A DNA stretch of 64,000 bases. Origin: an uncultured virus (IMG/VR IMGVR_UViG_3300030430_003815). Its lineage: Duplodnaviria > Heunggongvirae > Uroviricota > Caudoviricetes. The stretch lies in the IMG/VR virus record IMGVR_UViG_3300030430_003815; one strand, written 5' to 3'. How positions within the stretch are numbered: position 1 is the first letter of the stretch; each line of letters begins with the position of its first letter. The translations under genes and the position numbers were made by a program. Positions 1 through 10,721 of the stretch are shown piece by piece. The notes below the pieces were generated by a model. The model ran no database searches. It had not been told where the DNA came from and was given only the letters and a program-made list of their open reading frames with translations.

Positions 1-2
1 CT

Positions 3-3000
3 GGACTAACCGTTGATGGCGCTAGTGCAACTTTATTATATCAAAATATTGGAGATAAATGGGTATTTAATAAACCACTTGAAGCAACATCATTTACTGG
101 TAATGTAACTTCATCTACTGTAGATATAAATGGTGGTGCTATTGATGGTACAAATATTGGAGCGTCAACTCCTGGTACTGGTGCTTTTACAACCGTAGAT
201 ATAAACGGTGGCACGATTGATGGTACAAATATTGGAGCAACTACACCAGGTACAGGAGCTTTTACAACTGTAGATATAAATGGTGGAACAATTGATGCCA
301 CAAACATTGGTGTAACCACACCTGGTACAGGCGCTTTTACAACTTTAACTGGAAATACGATTGGCGGCTTTAGTCATTTAAGTGCCGTTGGTGGTGGCAG
401 TACAATTGACATTGTAGTTACTGTTGCTTCAAAAACAGCCGCTCACAGATACAACGGTACCGGTTCTAGTTTAGGTTATGTTCTTGACGGTGTTCAGGCT
501 CCTTATCTTACACTCACACCAGGCAGAACATATAAGTTCAAGCAAGATGATAACTCAAACTCTGGACATCCTTTTAGATTTTATTATGATGCCGCTAAGA
601 CTACAGCATATACCACAAACGTAACTACTCAAGGATCAGGTGGTAGCTCAGGTGACTATACACAAATCGCAGTTGATGAAAATACACCACCAGTACTATT
701 TTATCAGTGTTCTGCTCATGGATATATGGGTAATGCCATTAGGACTGGAACTCGAAACTTTACTGGTTTAACTACAGATAATATAACTGAAGGTTCAACT
801 AATCTTTATTATACAGACGCAAGAGTCGATACTAGATTTGATACAAGACTCGCTACTAAATCGACTACTAATTTAACTGAAGGTACTAATCTTTATTTTA
901 CTGATGCTCGAGCAGACGCAAGAGTACAAGCAGCTAATTTATCAGATCTTAATAACGTTACAGGTGTTCCATCAACAGGACAAATACTTTCATGGAATGG
1001 AAGTAACTGGGTTCCAGCAGACGATGCCGGAGGATTAGATTCCGCACTTACTAAACAGCTTATAGATTCTGCTCATATCGGTAAAATTAATTTAGGTGAT
1101 CTTAATAATGTTTCTTCAACAGCTCCATCTTCTGGTGAAGTATTAAAATGGAACGGTTCTGCTTGGGCACCGGCGGCTGATGCTACTGGAGGCGGTGGCG
1201 GTGGAGGTGGTACGGATTCTGCTGCTGTAATATCTCTAATAGACTCAGATTACGTACAAGCTAGGCAAAGTGGAACTATCTTCTCACCTAAACCAATTTA
1301 TGCACGGTTCTTATTAGGTAGTGATGAAACAATTGTAGCAAATACAGATCATCAAGTATTAAAATTTACTAATGCTGAAAAAGATACTTCAGTAGGAAAT
1401 GCGTTTACAGCTGCCACAGATGGTACTTTGACTGTTCCAGCTGGTGTGACTAAAGTAAAATTATCAGTAGGACTTTTTGTAATAAATTCAACTGATCAAG
1501 TTTTGGTTAGAATAAGAAGAAAAAGAGGGGCTGGTAGTTGGTTAAATATCTATGGTACACCTTCTCCTGAAACTCAATCGACTGGTAATGATTTCGTATC
1601 TGCACATACAGGTATTCTGGATTGTGCACCAGGTGATAAGTTTGCAGCTTTTGTATATAGTCAATCAGGGTCAAATCAATATATTGACGCCAGTGCTGCA
1701 GCAACATTTTTTGAGATACAAGCTGTAGACGGTGCAGCGATTGGAGGACTTGGTTTACTATCATCACTTAGCAACGTTGACTCTGCAACACCATCAAATG
1801 GACAGGCTTTAGTTTGGGATAGCGCCAATCAGTATTGGGAACCCGGAACAGTAGGAGCAGCAATTACCGTACAAGATGAAGGTTCGGCACTTTCAACTGC
1901 GGCCACGACACTTAACTTTGTAGGTGCTGGAGTCACAGCATCAGGTACAGGAGCAACAAAGACTATCACTATCTCTGGTGGTGGAGGTGGCGGTGGAACA
2001 GTTGATTCTGCTGGTACAATAAGCCTTATACAAAGTACAGTTGATTCAGCTTACGTACAATTAAGACAAACTTCTGGTGCTACAGGCGTTGATAGTGCTG
2101 CTACGATTAATTTAATTGATTCTGATTACGTACAAGCAAGAATGCTTGGAATCAATTCAAGTAAAATTACAGAATTTAAATATCTTGCAGACTCAGGACA
2201 AACTGTATTTTCTGGTAATGATGTCAATGGAAATGCTCTTGCAATATCTTCAACAAATCATGAAGTGTATTTAAATGGTATAAGACTTCTTAGTGATGAT
2301 TTTGTCGCTAATGCTTCTGCCAATAGTATTACTGTATCTCAAGGATTAGACAGTGCAGACGAACTTGTAGTAGTTACTCAAGGATCGCTTACAACAAATG
2401 ATAGATTTGTAATAGGTGCGGGAACTCAAAGATTTTTCTTTAGTGCTGACTCAGGTCAAACTGCATTTACTGGAAATGATAAACACGGTAATGCTCTAAC
2501 ATTTGATTCAGGACAGGTTGATGTATATCTCAACGGTATATTACTAACAAATGAAGACGTAATACAGAACGGAACAACAAACACTATAACCTTAACTTCT
2601 GCCGCAGACAGTGATGATGATCTAGCGATCATTGCTTACAACGCTACTTTAGCTTCAACCTTTGTCGCAGGTAGTGGAACACTTAGTACTTTTAAGTATA
2701 CATTAAACGCAGCTCAAACTCAAATAACTGGAGCGGACCTGAAAGGAAATACTCTTGCCTATGTTCCAGGCAACCAACAAGTATTCTTAAATGGTTTATT
2801 ACTAGAGGATAGTGATGACTATGTAACGACTTCGACAGGTATCATTACGCTAACAACAGGCGCTAATGCTAATGATGAAATAATAATACAAGACTATGCA
2901 TCTAAATTTTCCGGAAATACCGCAGGAATAATTAATCCAGAGTTTAAAGAGTTTAAATACATTGCAGATTCTGGAGATACCGTATTCTCTGGTAATGATG

Positions 3001-4607
3001 CATCAGGACAAGCTTTATCGCTAACAGATAATAACTTCGAAGTATTTTTAAATGGTATTAGGTTATTAAAATCAGACTACGTTGCAAATACAACAGCAAA
3101 TAGTATAACACTTCAAGGATTTACTGCGGTCGATAGTGATGAAATAATAATTAACACAATCGTAGGAAACGTTAGATTTAATTCAGCTAGCTCAGTTGCT
3201 TCAATAGTGGATTCGGCATACGTAAATGCTCGAGTGGCTGCAGGTACAGATTCAGCTTCAGTTATAAATCTTATCAATTCTACAGTTGATGAAGCTTATA
3301 TTACTCGACATTCATTAGATTCATCTTTAGCATTACAGTTACTTCTTGATTCATCAGAAATTATAGATCTTATAGATTCAGCATATATTAACGCCAGAGT
3401 TTCCACAGTTGATTCTGCACAAGTGTTAGGAATAGTAGATTCTGCATACATACAAACTGCAGCAGATTCTGCACACGTTCAGTCAAAGATACCACATGCC
3501 TATATTCAAGCTAGAGTCCCTGCATCTTACATTCAAGCAAATCAAACAAACTTCTTAGATTCTGCACTGACTTCTCAACTTGTTGATTCTGCTTACGTTG
3601 CAGCAAGAACTACGACAGGAACAGACTCAGCTGCTGTTATTGCCATGATTGATTCAGATCATATTAATAGTCGACTAGGTGTTTTTTCTGTTTCACCAAT
3701 AACTACAGAATTCTTATACACAGTTGATTCAGGTGATACTGTTATATTTGGAAATGATGATGCTGGAAAGAGTCTAGTTATAGACTCAAATAACTTTGAA
3801 GTATTTTTAAATGGTATCAGACTGCAAAGTACTGACTATGTCGACAGTGCCGTTAGCAACAGAATAACTTTAAACAATACTTTAGATAGTGGTGATGAAA
3901 TATCAGTTGTTACCACCACACAACAGAATACTCTTACTGGAGTCGGCGTTCTTCCTGGTATAGTTGATTCCGCTTATATTCAGGCTAGGTTAGCTGATCT
4001 TGTTCCAGCGTCAACTTCATTTAGTACTTTTAGATATGTATCAACTGAAGGACAAAGTGTATATACTGGTAACGATGCGAACGGTGCAGCACTCAGTTAT
4101 GATTCCGTTGGAGTGCAAGTATTCTTAAATGGTCTACTTCTTACGAAGACACAAGACTTTACTTTACAAAATAAAAATCAAATTACACTGCAAGATTCTG
4201 TTAATGCTGGTTCAGAAATTATAATTAATAATCATAACACTAGTTTTAGAGGAACACAGTTTACTGGTGTTGCTGCAATTATTGACTCAGATTATGTACA
4301 GGCAAGGCAGCTTCCTGCAGTAACATATAATGCAACTTCAAGTAACATAACATTAGTCAAAGGAAATGCATATATAGTAGATACATCATCGGCAAGGACA
4401 CTAACATTACCAGCTTCTGCTGTTTTAGGTGATGAGATAAAAGTAATAGATGGAACAGGTCAAGCTGGCACCAATAACATAACTATAAATAGAAACGGAC
4501 ATAAGATCCAAGGATTAACCGATAATTTGGTTATTAACGTAAATCGAGCCGCTCAAGGTTTGGTTTATTATAATGCAGCTCAAGGCTGGATATTAAGTGA
4601 AAATTAA
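3..4607 (+). CDS. Large fibre/virion structural protein, 5'-truncated by the window edge; contains a cupredoxin-like motif, DS-rich repeats and six ~80-aa beta modules
   Basis: Frame is open from base 3 (GLTVDGASATLLYQ...) through the ORF-track ATG at 726, which is the internal Met of YQCSAHGYMG. Gly/Ser/Thr-rich; repeated FxYxADSGQTxFSGxD...LNGIxL modules; C-terminal VDTSSARTLTLPAS...GDEIKVID...ITINRNG domain typical of T4-like fibre/baseplate proteins. Confidence 0.8.
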   Translation, partial: GLTVDGASATLLYQNIGDKWVFNKPLEATSFTGNVTSSTVDINGGAIDGTNIGASTPGTGAFTTVDINGGTIDGTNIGATTPGTGAFTTVDINGGTIDATNIGVTTPGTGAFTTLTGNTIGGFSHLSAVGGGSTIDIVVTVASKTAAHRYNGTGSSLGYVLDGVQAPYLTLTPGRTYKFKQDDNSNSGHPFRFYYDAAKTTAYTTNVTTQGSGGSSGDYTQIAVDENTPPVLFYQCSAHGYMGNAIRTGTRNFTGLTTDNITEGSTNLYYTDARVDTRFDTRLATKSTTNLTEGTNLYFTDARADARVQAANLSDLNNVTGVPSTGQILSWNGSNWVPADDAGGLDSALTKQLIDSAHIGKINLGDLNNVSSTAPSSGEVLKWNGSAWAPAADATGGGGGGGGTDSAAVISLIDSDYVQARQSGTIFSPKPIYARFLLGSDETIVANTDHQVLKFTNAEKDTSVGNAFTAATDGTLTVPAGVTKVKLSVGLFVINSTDQVLVRIRRKRGAGSWLNIYGTPSPETQSTGNDFVSAHTGILDCAPGDKFAAFVYSQSGSNQYIDASAAATFFEIQAVDGAAIGGLGLLSSLSNVDSATPSNGQALVWDSANQYWEPGTVGAAITVQDEGSALSTAATTLNFVGAGVTASGTGATKTITISGGGGGGGTVDSAGTISLIQSTVDSAYVQLRQTSGATGVDSAATINLIDSDYVQARMLGINSSKITEFKYLADSGQTVFSGNDVNGNALAISSTNHEVYLNGIRLLSDDFVANASANSITVSQGLDSADELVVVTQGSLTTNDRFVIGAGTQRFFFSADSGQTAFTGNDKHGNALTFDSGQVDVYLNGILLTNEDVIQNGTTNTITLTSAADSDDDLAIIAYNATLASTFVAGSGTLSTFKYTLNAAQTQITGADLKGNTLAYVPGNQQVFLNGLLLEDSDDYVTTSTGIITLTTGANANDEIIIQDYASKFSGNTAGIINPEFKEFKYIADSGDTVFSGNDASGQALSLTDNNFEVFLNGIRLLKSDYVANTTANSITLQGFTAVDSDEIIINTIVGNVRFNSASSVASIVDSAYVNARVAAGTDSASVINLINSTVDEAYITRHSLDSSLALQLLLDSSEIIDLIDSAYINARVSTVDSAQVLGIVDSAYIQTAADSAHVQSKIPHAYIQARVPASYIQANQTNFLDSALTSQLVDSAYVAARTTTGTDSAAVIAMIDSDHINSRLGVFSVSPITTEFLYTVDSGDTVIFGNDDAGKSLVIDSNNFEVFLNGIRLQSTDYVDSAVSNRITLNNTLDSGDEISVVTTTQQNTLTGVGVLPGIVDSAYIQARLADLVPASTSFSTFRYVSTEGQSVYTGNDANGAALSYDSVGVQVFLNGLLLTKTQDFTLQNKNQITLQDSVNAGSEIIINNHNTSFRGTQFTGVAAIIDSDYVQARQLPAVTYNATSSNITLVKGNAYIVDTSSARTLTLPASAVLGDEIKVIDGTGQAGTNNITINRNGHKIQGLTDNLVINVNRAAQGLVYYNAAQGWILSEN
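120..344 (+). repeat. Three tandem 75-bp coding repeats (VDINGGxIDxTNIGxxTPGTGAFTT)
   Basis: gtagatataaa units start at 120, 195 and 270. Confidence 0.9.
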
Positions 4608-4618
4608 TGGAGAAATAA

Positions 4619-4864
4619 ATGAACGAAAAAGTTGAAAAACAACCACAACCAAATATTCAAATAACAATTCAAGATCTAATGGTCTTGAGAAGTGTAATTG
4701 ATGCGGCAACTAAAGGCGGAGTCTTAGGTGCTGGTGATTTGACCACGGTTGGTATGGTACATGACAAAGTTCATGTAATCATAGAAGAATTTATGGCAAA
4801 ACAAAAAGAAGCACAAGAAGCTGAAGCAACAGCGCCGCCTGTAGAAGGAGAAGTGAAGGAATAA
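4619..4864 (+). CDS. Small hypothetical protein, similar to 40358..40582
   Basis: ORF with GGAG SD; VIDxxTxxG..G..LxTxG motif shared with the 40358 ORF. Confidence 0.7.
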   Translation: MNEKVEKQPQPNIQITIQDLMVLRSVIDAATKGGVLGAGDLTTVGMVHDKVHVIIEEFMAKQKEAQEAEATAPPVEGEVKE

Positions 4865-4865
4865 A

Positions 4866-7800
4866 ATGGCAGTATCAAAAGGAAGAGCATTATCAGCAAC
4901 AGTAAACAGTGCTACGTCATTGATCAAATCATCTATTGATGGTACAGTTACGACTTCGACTCTTGAGCAATCTGCTCAACAATACGCTAATGCTGCAGCT
5001 CTTCCTAGCGTCGGAAATACTTTCGGCGAGATGGCCCTTGTTCAGTCTACAAACAGAATGTATGTTTGGAACGGAACAGGTTGGTACAATGTAGCATTGA
5101 TCAATACTAATCCAGTGTTTACAACTTCACCGGCTGCTTCTTATGAATTTGATGCTGATTCACCAAGAAATAATATTACTATTACTGTTGCGGCTGATGA
5201 CCCAGAAAGTTTAGGCGTATCATTTAGTTTTGAGACTGGTGGTAGTATGGATTCTATGGCGACTGTAACTCAGGATTCTTCAGTGTTTACTTTGGTTCCA
5301 AAAGGAAATGACAGTTTAACAGATGGTGTAACACTAACAGGATCTTTAACTATTAAAGCGACAGATGGTGTTAATATAGTTCCAGCGGTTTCAAGTTTTA
5401 CTTTAACATTTGTTACTATAATACAAAATACTGCTGAGACTCAGCTTCTTATGAAAGCTACTGGAACTGGAAACAATTCAACTTATGATGATAAGTCCAC
5501 AAGTAATCATACTCTTACAGCCTACGGGCAGATAGAACAGATGGCCTTTAGTCCTTATCGCGAGAGTGGATACTCAATGTCATTTGACGGTACTGGAGAT
5601 TATTTACAAATTGCTGACAACGCGGATTTTGATTTAGCAGGAGAGTTCGCATACGAGTTTTGGTTATACAGGACAGGATCAACTTCTGGAACTTATCAAG
5701 CAATACTAGGTTCTAATGGCAGTGGAAGTAATGGACTTACTTTTTATATTACTCAAAGTAATGGAGCTTTGAGTATTTTTCAAAGTAGTTTTATAATTTC
5801 TGGAAGTGCTGGAAATATATCAGATAATAAATGGCATCATGTACTCTTGATGCGTGATAGTTCTAACTTATTACAACTCTTTATAGACGGAAATAGAGTT
5901 CATAGCTCAACAAACAATACAGCATTCACCGATAACTCAGGTGGTAGTGGAACTAGAATTGGATATGATATAAGTGCAAATGGTTATTTTAAAGGTTTTT
6001 TAACTGATATAAGATTAATAAAAGGATCAACAGGAGAATATTCATCTGGTACATCTATTACAGTACCAACTGAAAGATTAACTGCTATTACAAATACAAA
6101 ACTATTGATAGGTGGTAACGGTTTTAGAGATGCAAGTACATCTAATCATACACTTACACGTAATGGTAATACTTTTATGGCGGCGTTTGCTCCGTATGAT
6201 ATAAGTGGTGCGTATACTACCGCTACTAGAGGAGGTTCGGTTTTGTTAGCTCCTCAAGGTGGTAATGATTATTTTACAGCTACATCTGCTGATTTTGCGT
6301 TTGGGACTGGAGATTTTACTGTAGAAGTATGGGTATATCCTCTTAACGTATCAGTTCATCAGATGATCATGGACACTGTAACTCCTGGAGCTACAGGAGG
6401 AACGGCTGGAAGAATTGTTCTTTATTTAAATCCTAATAAAATGGCGGTGTACACACCAGGAGGTACTGTTACTGCAAGCGGATCACAAACTGTAACTGTA
6501 GGTCAATGGCATCATCTTGCATGGGTTAGAAATAGTGGCACCCTAAAGATGTATATGGATGGAGAAGAAACACACAGTTATTCGAATACATATAATTATT
6601 CTTTGCAAACCTTGACTTTAGGAAGAGATGCCGCATCTGGTGGTGCTGGACAAGCAAGAGCTATATGGAGTGATCTTCGTATCGTAAAAGGAACTGCTGT
6701 TTATACATCTGCCTTTGATCCACCAACTGCGCCTCTTACGGCTATAACAAATACAAAACTTTTACTACCATTTACAGACGCTAAAATCTTTGATGCTTCA
6801 CAAGGAGTAGGACCCACAGCTGGAGAAGTACAAACAATTGTCACTATAGGAGATGGAGCAGTCGCATCATCAGGACAACAACACTTTGGAGAAAATACAA
6901 TTTTCTTTGATGGAAGTAACGACTATATTGATATAAACCAGCCTATTCGAGGACTTGAAGATCATACTCATGAGGCGTGGGTATATCCTACTGCCGGTCA
7001 TTCGTCATATAAAGGTTTCTTTGCTTCAGCCCCCGATGGAAGTGGTTCAGGAATTAACGTGTCAAAAGACGTAGCTGGAGGACCTAACAATAGCTCGCCG
7101 GCTATAGCTTCGTTTAATCCAACAGTTCCAGATAATGAATGGAGCCATGTTGTTTTGCAAAGACAGAGTGGTATTCATTCTCTTTATAGAAATGGCGTAC
7201 TTCAAGGAACTAGTTCAGCAACAGTAAATTTCGATCAAGATACTGTAAGAATGGCTTCAAGGTATAGAAACACCACAACTTATGGTTTTGGTGGATACAT
7301 ACATGACTTTAGAATCAGTAAAGGTTTAGCTCGTTTTCCGTATATCGCTAAACCAGTAACATTGACACAAACAAATTCTGGTATGGAAAAGCCAGATGGT
7401 ACGACTCCTACAGCAACCGCAAGTAATACATTATTATTGACTTGTCACGCCGCCTCAATAACAGATGGAAGTTCTAATAGTACTTCAATCACAGCAAACG
7501 GAAATGCAGCTGTGTCAGACTTCGGACCTGCCTCTGGAATGAAATCCGTTTATTTTGATGGTACGGGAGATTACTTATCATTAACAACAGCTTCTGCTTT
7601 AGGCACTGGAAGTTGGACTATAGAGTATTGGGTATATCACAATTCAATTGCTAGTAATGGAACACATATAAATTTTGGTGGAGACGCTGACTATACTCCA
7701 AATTTTTACTTCATAACCACGTTTGATGGATTTAAAGTGTTTCATACTGGTACTATGAGTAATCATTCATATTCTGGTTCGCATGTCAATGCTTTAGATA

Positions 7801-8063
7801 GTGGTAGGATTGTGGCTAATAAATGGTATCATGCGGCTTATTCTCATGATGATTCTACTGGAAAATTATCAGCTTTTACAAATGGCTCTCTTACAGCTGA
7901 AGCTAGTTATAATGGTAACATTAGTTCAACAGCCGTAAGAATTGGTGGTACTACATTGTATAATCACATGCTTAACGGATATATTTCAAATCTTAGAATT
8001 GTTAAAGGACAAGCATTATATCCCTCAAATTTTACTCCAGTAACAACTGCACTTTCAGGCTAA
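4866..8063 (+). CDS. Virion protein with multiple LamG/concanavalin A-like domains
   Basis: Repeated FDGTGDYL...FTxExWxY...WHH...GYISNLRIVKG motifs. Confidence 0.8.
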   Translation: MAVSKGRALSATVNSATSLIKSSIDGTVTTSTLEQSAQQYANAAALPSVGNTFGEMALVQSTNRMYVWNGTGWYNVALINTNPVFTTSPAASYEFDADSPRNNITITVAADDPESLGVSFSFETGGSMDSMATVTQDSSVFTLVPKGNDSLTDGVTLTGSLTIKATDGVNIVPAVSSFTLTFVTIIQNTAETQLLMKATGTGNNSTYDDKSTSNHTLTAYGQIEQMAFSPYRESGYSMSFDGTGDYLQIADNADFDLAGEFAYEFWLYRTGSTSGTYQAILGSNGSGSNGLTFYITQSNGALSIFQSSFIISGSAGNISDNKWHHVLLMRDSSNLLQLFIDGNRVHSSTNNTAFTDNSGGSGTRIGYDISANGYFKGFLTDIRLIKGSTGEYSSGTSITVPTERLTAITNTKLLIGGNGFRDASTSNHTLTRNGNTFMAAFAPYDISGAYTTATRGGSVLLAPQGGNDYFTATSADFAFGTGDFTVEVWVYPLNVSVHQMIMDTVTPGATGGTAGRIVLYLNPNKMAVYTPGGTVTASGSQTVTVGQWHHLAWVRNSGTLKMYMDGEETHSYSNTYNYSLQTLTLGRDAASGGAGQARAIWSDLRIVKGTAVYTSAFDPPTAPLTAITNTKLLLPFTDAKIFDASQGVGPTAGEVQTIVTIGDGAVASSGQQHFGENTIFFDGSNDYIDINQPIRGLEDHTHEAWVYPTAGHSSYKGFFASAPDGSGSGINVSKDVAGGPNNSSPAIASFNPTVPDNEWSHVVLQRQSGIHSLYRNGVLQGTSSATVNFDQDTVRMASRYRNTTTYGFGGYIHDFRISKGLARFPYIAKPVTLTQTNSGMEKPDGTTPTATASNTLLLTCHAASITDGSSNSTSITANGNAAVSDFGPASGMKSVYFDGTGDYLSLTTASALGTGSWTIEYWVYHNSIASNGTHINFGGDADYTPNFYFITTFDGFKVFHTGTMSNHSYSGSHVNALDSGRIVANKWYHAAYSHDDSTGKLSAFTNGSLTAEASYNGNISSTAVRIGGTTLYNHMLNGYISNLRIVKGQALYPSNFTPVTTALSG

Positions 8064-8080
8064 GTTAAGCACATTTACTA

Positions 8081-8088
8081 TATAAATA
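8081..8088 (+). promoter_or_regulatory. T4-type late promoter TATAAATA
   Basis: Exact TATAAATA, intergenic, upstream of gp13. Confidence 0.8.
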
Positions 8089-8115
8089 GTAAAAAACTAT
8101 TTGTATGGAAAAATC

Positions 8116-8871
8116 ATGGCCGTAGTAAATTCAAGAGACGATTTAATAGACTATTGTAAGAGAGTTCTCGGAGAACCAGTCATCGAAGTAAATCTTGATG
8201 ATGACCAGATATCTGATAGAGTAGATGAAGCATTACAATATTTTCAAGAGTTCAATAGTGATGCTACTCACAGAACCTACATCAAACACCAAGTAACTCA
8301 AGATGATCTAGACAATAATTATATAACAGTACCAAGTTCTGTTCATATTGTAACTCGACTGTTACCATTATCAAACTCAATTAATAGTTCAACAAACATG
8401 TTCAGTGTTAAGTATCAAATGATGCTTAATGATATAGCTGACTTACAAAATTTTGCTGGTGACTTGGCTTATTACAATCAAATGCAGCAGTATTTAACTT
8501 TAATAGACATGCAATTGAATGGAAAACCTTTAGTTCAGTTTCAAAGGCATCAACATAGACTACACATACTTGGCGATTTAAACGATGGTGATATTAAAAA
8601 AGATGATTTTATAATCTTAGAAGTATATCAGATAGTCGATCCAAATAATTTTACAAGTGTTTATAATGACAAGTTTGTAAAAGAATATACGGCTGCATTG
8701 ATGAAAAGACAATGGGGTCAAAACTTAATAAAATTCGAAGGAATGCAACTTCCTGGAGGTGTGACTATTAATGGACGTCAGATATATGAAGACGCTCTAC
8801 AAGAGATAGAAAGACTAAGAGAATCAGTAAGACTTGAACATGAAATGCCACCAGACTTTTTTATGGGATAA
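8116..8871 (+). CDS. gp13: Neck protein gp13
   Basis: LGEPVIEVN, QWGQNLIKFEGMQLPGGVTINGRQIY, PPDFFMG; ATG 8116 preferred to TTG 8101. Confidence 0.93.
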   Translation: MAVVNSRDDLIDYCKRVLGEPVIEVNLDDDQISDRVDEALQYFQEFNSDATHRTYIKHQVTQDDLDNNYITVPSSVHIVTRLLPLSNSINSSTNMFSVKYQMMLNDIADLQNFAGDLAYYNQMQQYLTLIDMQLNGKPLVQFQRHQHRLHILGDLNDGDIKKDDFIILEVYQIVDPNNFTSVYNDKFVKEYTAALMKRQWGQNLIKFEGMQLPGGVTINGRQIYEDALQEIERLRESVRLEHEMPPDFFMG

Positions 8872-8874
8872 AAT

Positions 8875-9855
8875 ATGGCGCTTAATCATTACTTTAGCCA
8901 AAAAGTTCGTTCAGAACAACAGTTATATGAAGATCTAATCATAGAGTCTTTAAAGATCTATGGTCAAGATGTCTATTACCTTCCAAGAACAATAGTAAAT
9001 CAAGATAGGCTACTGGGTGAAGATATTCCTTCTAAGTTTGGAAGCGCATATAAAGTTGAGATGTATATTGAAAATACTGAAGGGTTTGATGGGGAAGGTG
9101 ATCTTTTTACGAGATTTGGCGTTGAGATAAGAGATGCCGCCACTTTCATAGTTTCGCGAAGAAGATGGGAACATGTATTTTCACAAGCAGCCTTTCCATC
9201 AGAAGCAACAATATTTAGACCAAAAGAAGGCGACGTAATTTATTTACCGCTATCTAATTCTATGTTTCAAATAATGCACGTTGAACATGAACAACCTTTC
9301 TATCAGTTAAGTAATCTTCCAACTTACAAAATGCGTTGCGAGTTATTTGATTATTCTGATGAAGATTTTGATACTGGTATAGCAGCAATTGATGCTGTGG
9401 AAGGTGAAGGACAGACATTATCATTTTTACTTGCGGAAGGAACTGATAGTAATGTGCCTGACTTCTTTAAAGGTGAGTCTGTATTACAAAGAAGAGTTGA
9501 CGGTGTTACTATGAGAGGTGAAGTATTGTCATATGATAGATCTACAAACATAGTAAGAGTAACACATATTGGACCTGATAGTGGTGGATTTGGTACGTTC
9601 CAAATAAGTAAAACCATTGCTGACAGCCAATACAATACATGGCTAATAAATGACAGAGTTGAGACTCCGTTCCAAGGAATTACAGCTGATTCAGATCCAA
9701 GAAGACAAATACTTGCTATTGCCGATAGTACTGCAGAAGATCTTATAAATGCACAAAATAAAGTGTTTGATGCGGCTTCTGGAAATAATCTCTTTGATTT
9801 TAACTTTTTAGACTTTACTGAGAGAAATCCATTTGGTGATGCGGAGGATAATTGA
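8875..9855 (+). CDS. gp14: Neck protein gp14
   Basis: EQQLYEDLIIESLKIYGQDVYYLPR, RPKEGDVIYLP, DFTERNPFG. Confidence 0.93.
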   Translation: MALNHYFSQKVRSEQQLYEDLIIESLKIYGQDVYYLPRTIVNQDRLLGEDIPSKFGSAYKVEMYIENTEGFDGEGDLFTRFGVEIRDAATFIVSRRRWEHVFSQAAFPSEATIFRPKEGDVIYLPLSNSMFQIMHVEHEQPFYQLSNLPTYKMRCELFDYSDEDFDTGIAAIDAVEGEGQTLSFLLAEGTDSNVPDFFKGESVLQRRVDGVTMRGEVLSYDRSTNIVRVTHIGPDSGGFGTFQISKTIADSQYNTWLINDRVETPFQGITADSDPRRQILAIADSTAEDLINAQNKVFDAASGNNLFDFNFLDFTERNPFGDAEDN

Positions 9856-10709
9856 TGTTTGAATATTTTTATCATCAAAAAATTAGAAAAGCGGTTGCAA
9901 TGTTTGGAACCATGTTTAATCATATACATGTCGTTCGAACTGATGCAACTGGTGGTACATTAAGTCAAGTAAGAGTTCCTCTGGCTTACGCACCAAGAGA
10001 AAAGTATCTAGCAAGAATTCAAGCTGATCCAGACCTTAGAGAAAATACACGAGTAGCTTTAAAACTACCAAGACTCGCTTTTGAAATAACATCAATATCT
10101 TATGATCCAAACAGAAAGATTCCAAAATTAAATCGATTTAGTGTGCAGAAAAAAGGACAAAGTAACAGAGATCAAAGAGGGTCTTTATATTCACCTGTAC
10201 CATATATAATAAGCTTTCAACTAAATGCGTTTACTAAAACTCAAGATGACGCATTACAAATTGTGGAACAAATTATTCCGTACTTTGCACCACAATACAC
10301 ATTAACAATTAAACCATTTGCAGAATATCCTAACATAAAAGAAGATGTACCAATAACTATTCAAGGTGTAAACTTTCAAGACGACTTTGAGGGATCTTTA
10401 GAACAAAGAAGAACTATAATATATTCTATGGACTTTACCATGAATATAAATTTCTATGGCCCGATAAGAGAATCTGCACTTATAAATAGAGCTACAGGCA
10501 ACCTAGAAACTGGTGATTCTGCTGGAGTTAGTAACATAATTCAAAAAGTTATTGTTACACCTAATCCAGCCGATGCAAGTCCAGATGAAACTTTTGGATT
10601 TGCCATAAGTACATTAGAAAATTTTGCACCAGATCTAACAGAACTTGGTCAATACTTTAAGAAGGGTTATGTAAATACAAATTATGTTGAAGATAAAACA
10701 GTCAAATAG
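9855..10709 (+). CDS. gp15: Tail sheath stabiliser/terminator gp15
   Basis: YFYHQKIRKAVAMFGTMFN, VPLAYAPREK, LPRLAFE, DALQIVEQIIPYF. Confidence 0.93.
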   Translation: MFEYFYHQKIRKAVAMFGTMFNHIHVVRTDATGGTLSQVRVPLAYAPREKYLARIQADPDLRENTRVALKLPRLAFEITSISYDPNRKIPKLNRFSVQKKGQSNRDQRGSLYSPVPYIISFQLNAFTKTQDDALQIVEQIIPYFAPQYTLTIKPFAEYPNIKEDVPITIQGVNFQDDFEGSLEQRRTIIYSMDFTMNINFYGPIRESALINRATGNLETGDSAGVSNIIQKVIVTPNPADASPDETFGFAISTLENFAPDLTELGQYFKKGYVNTNYVEDKTVK

Positions 10710-10721
10710 AGGAGCAAATAA

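Noticed and set aside
41..319. Minus-strand 92-aa repetitive ORF
   Set aside because: Antisense shadow of the 75-bp coding repeats on the + strand
726..728. ORF-track start for the 1293-aa protein
   Set aside because: The frame is open from the window start and there is no SD; this ATG is an internal Met
4484..10488. Intragenic TATAAATA at 4484 and 10481
   Set aside because: Plausible late promoters, but they lie inside coding sequence in AT-rich DNA and cannot be told from chance
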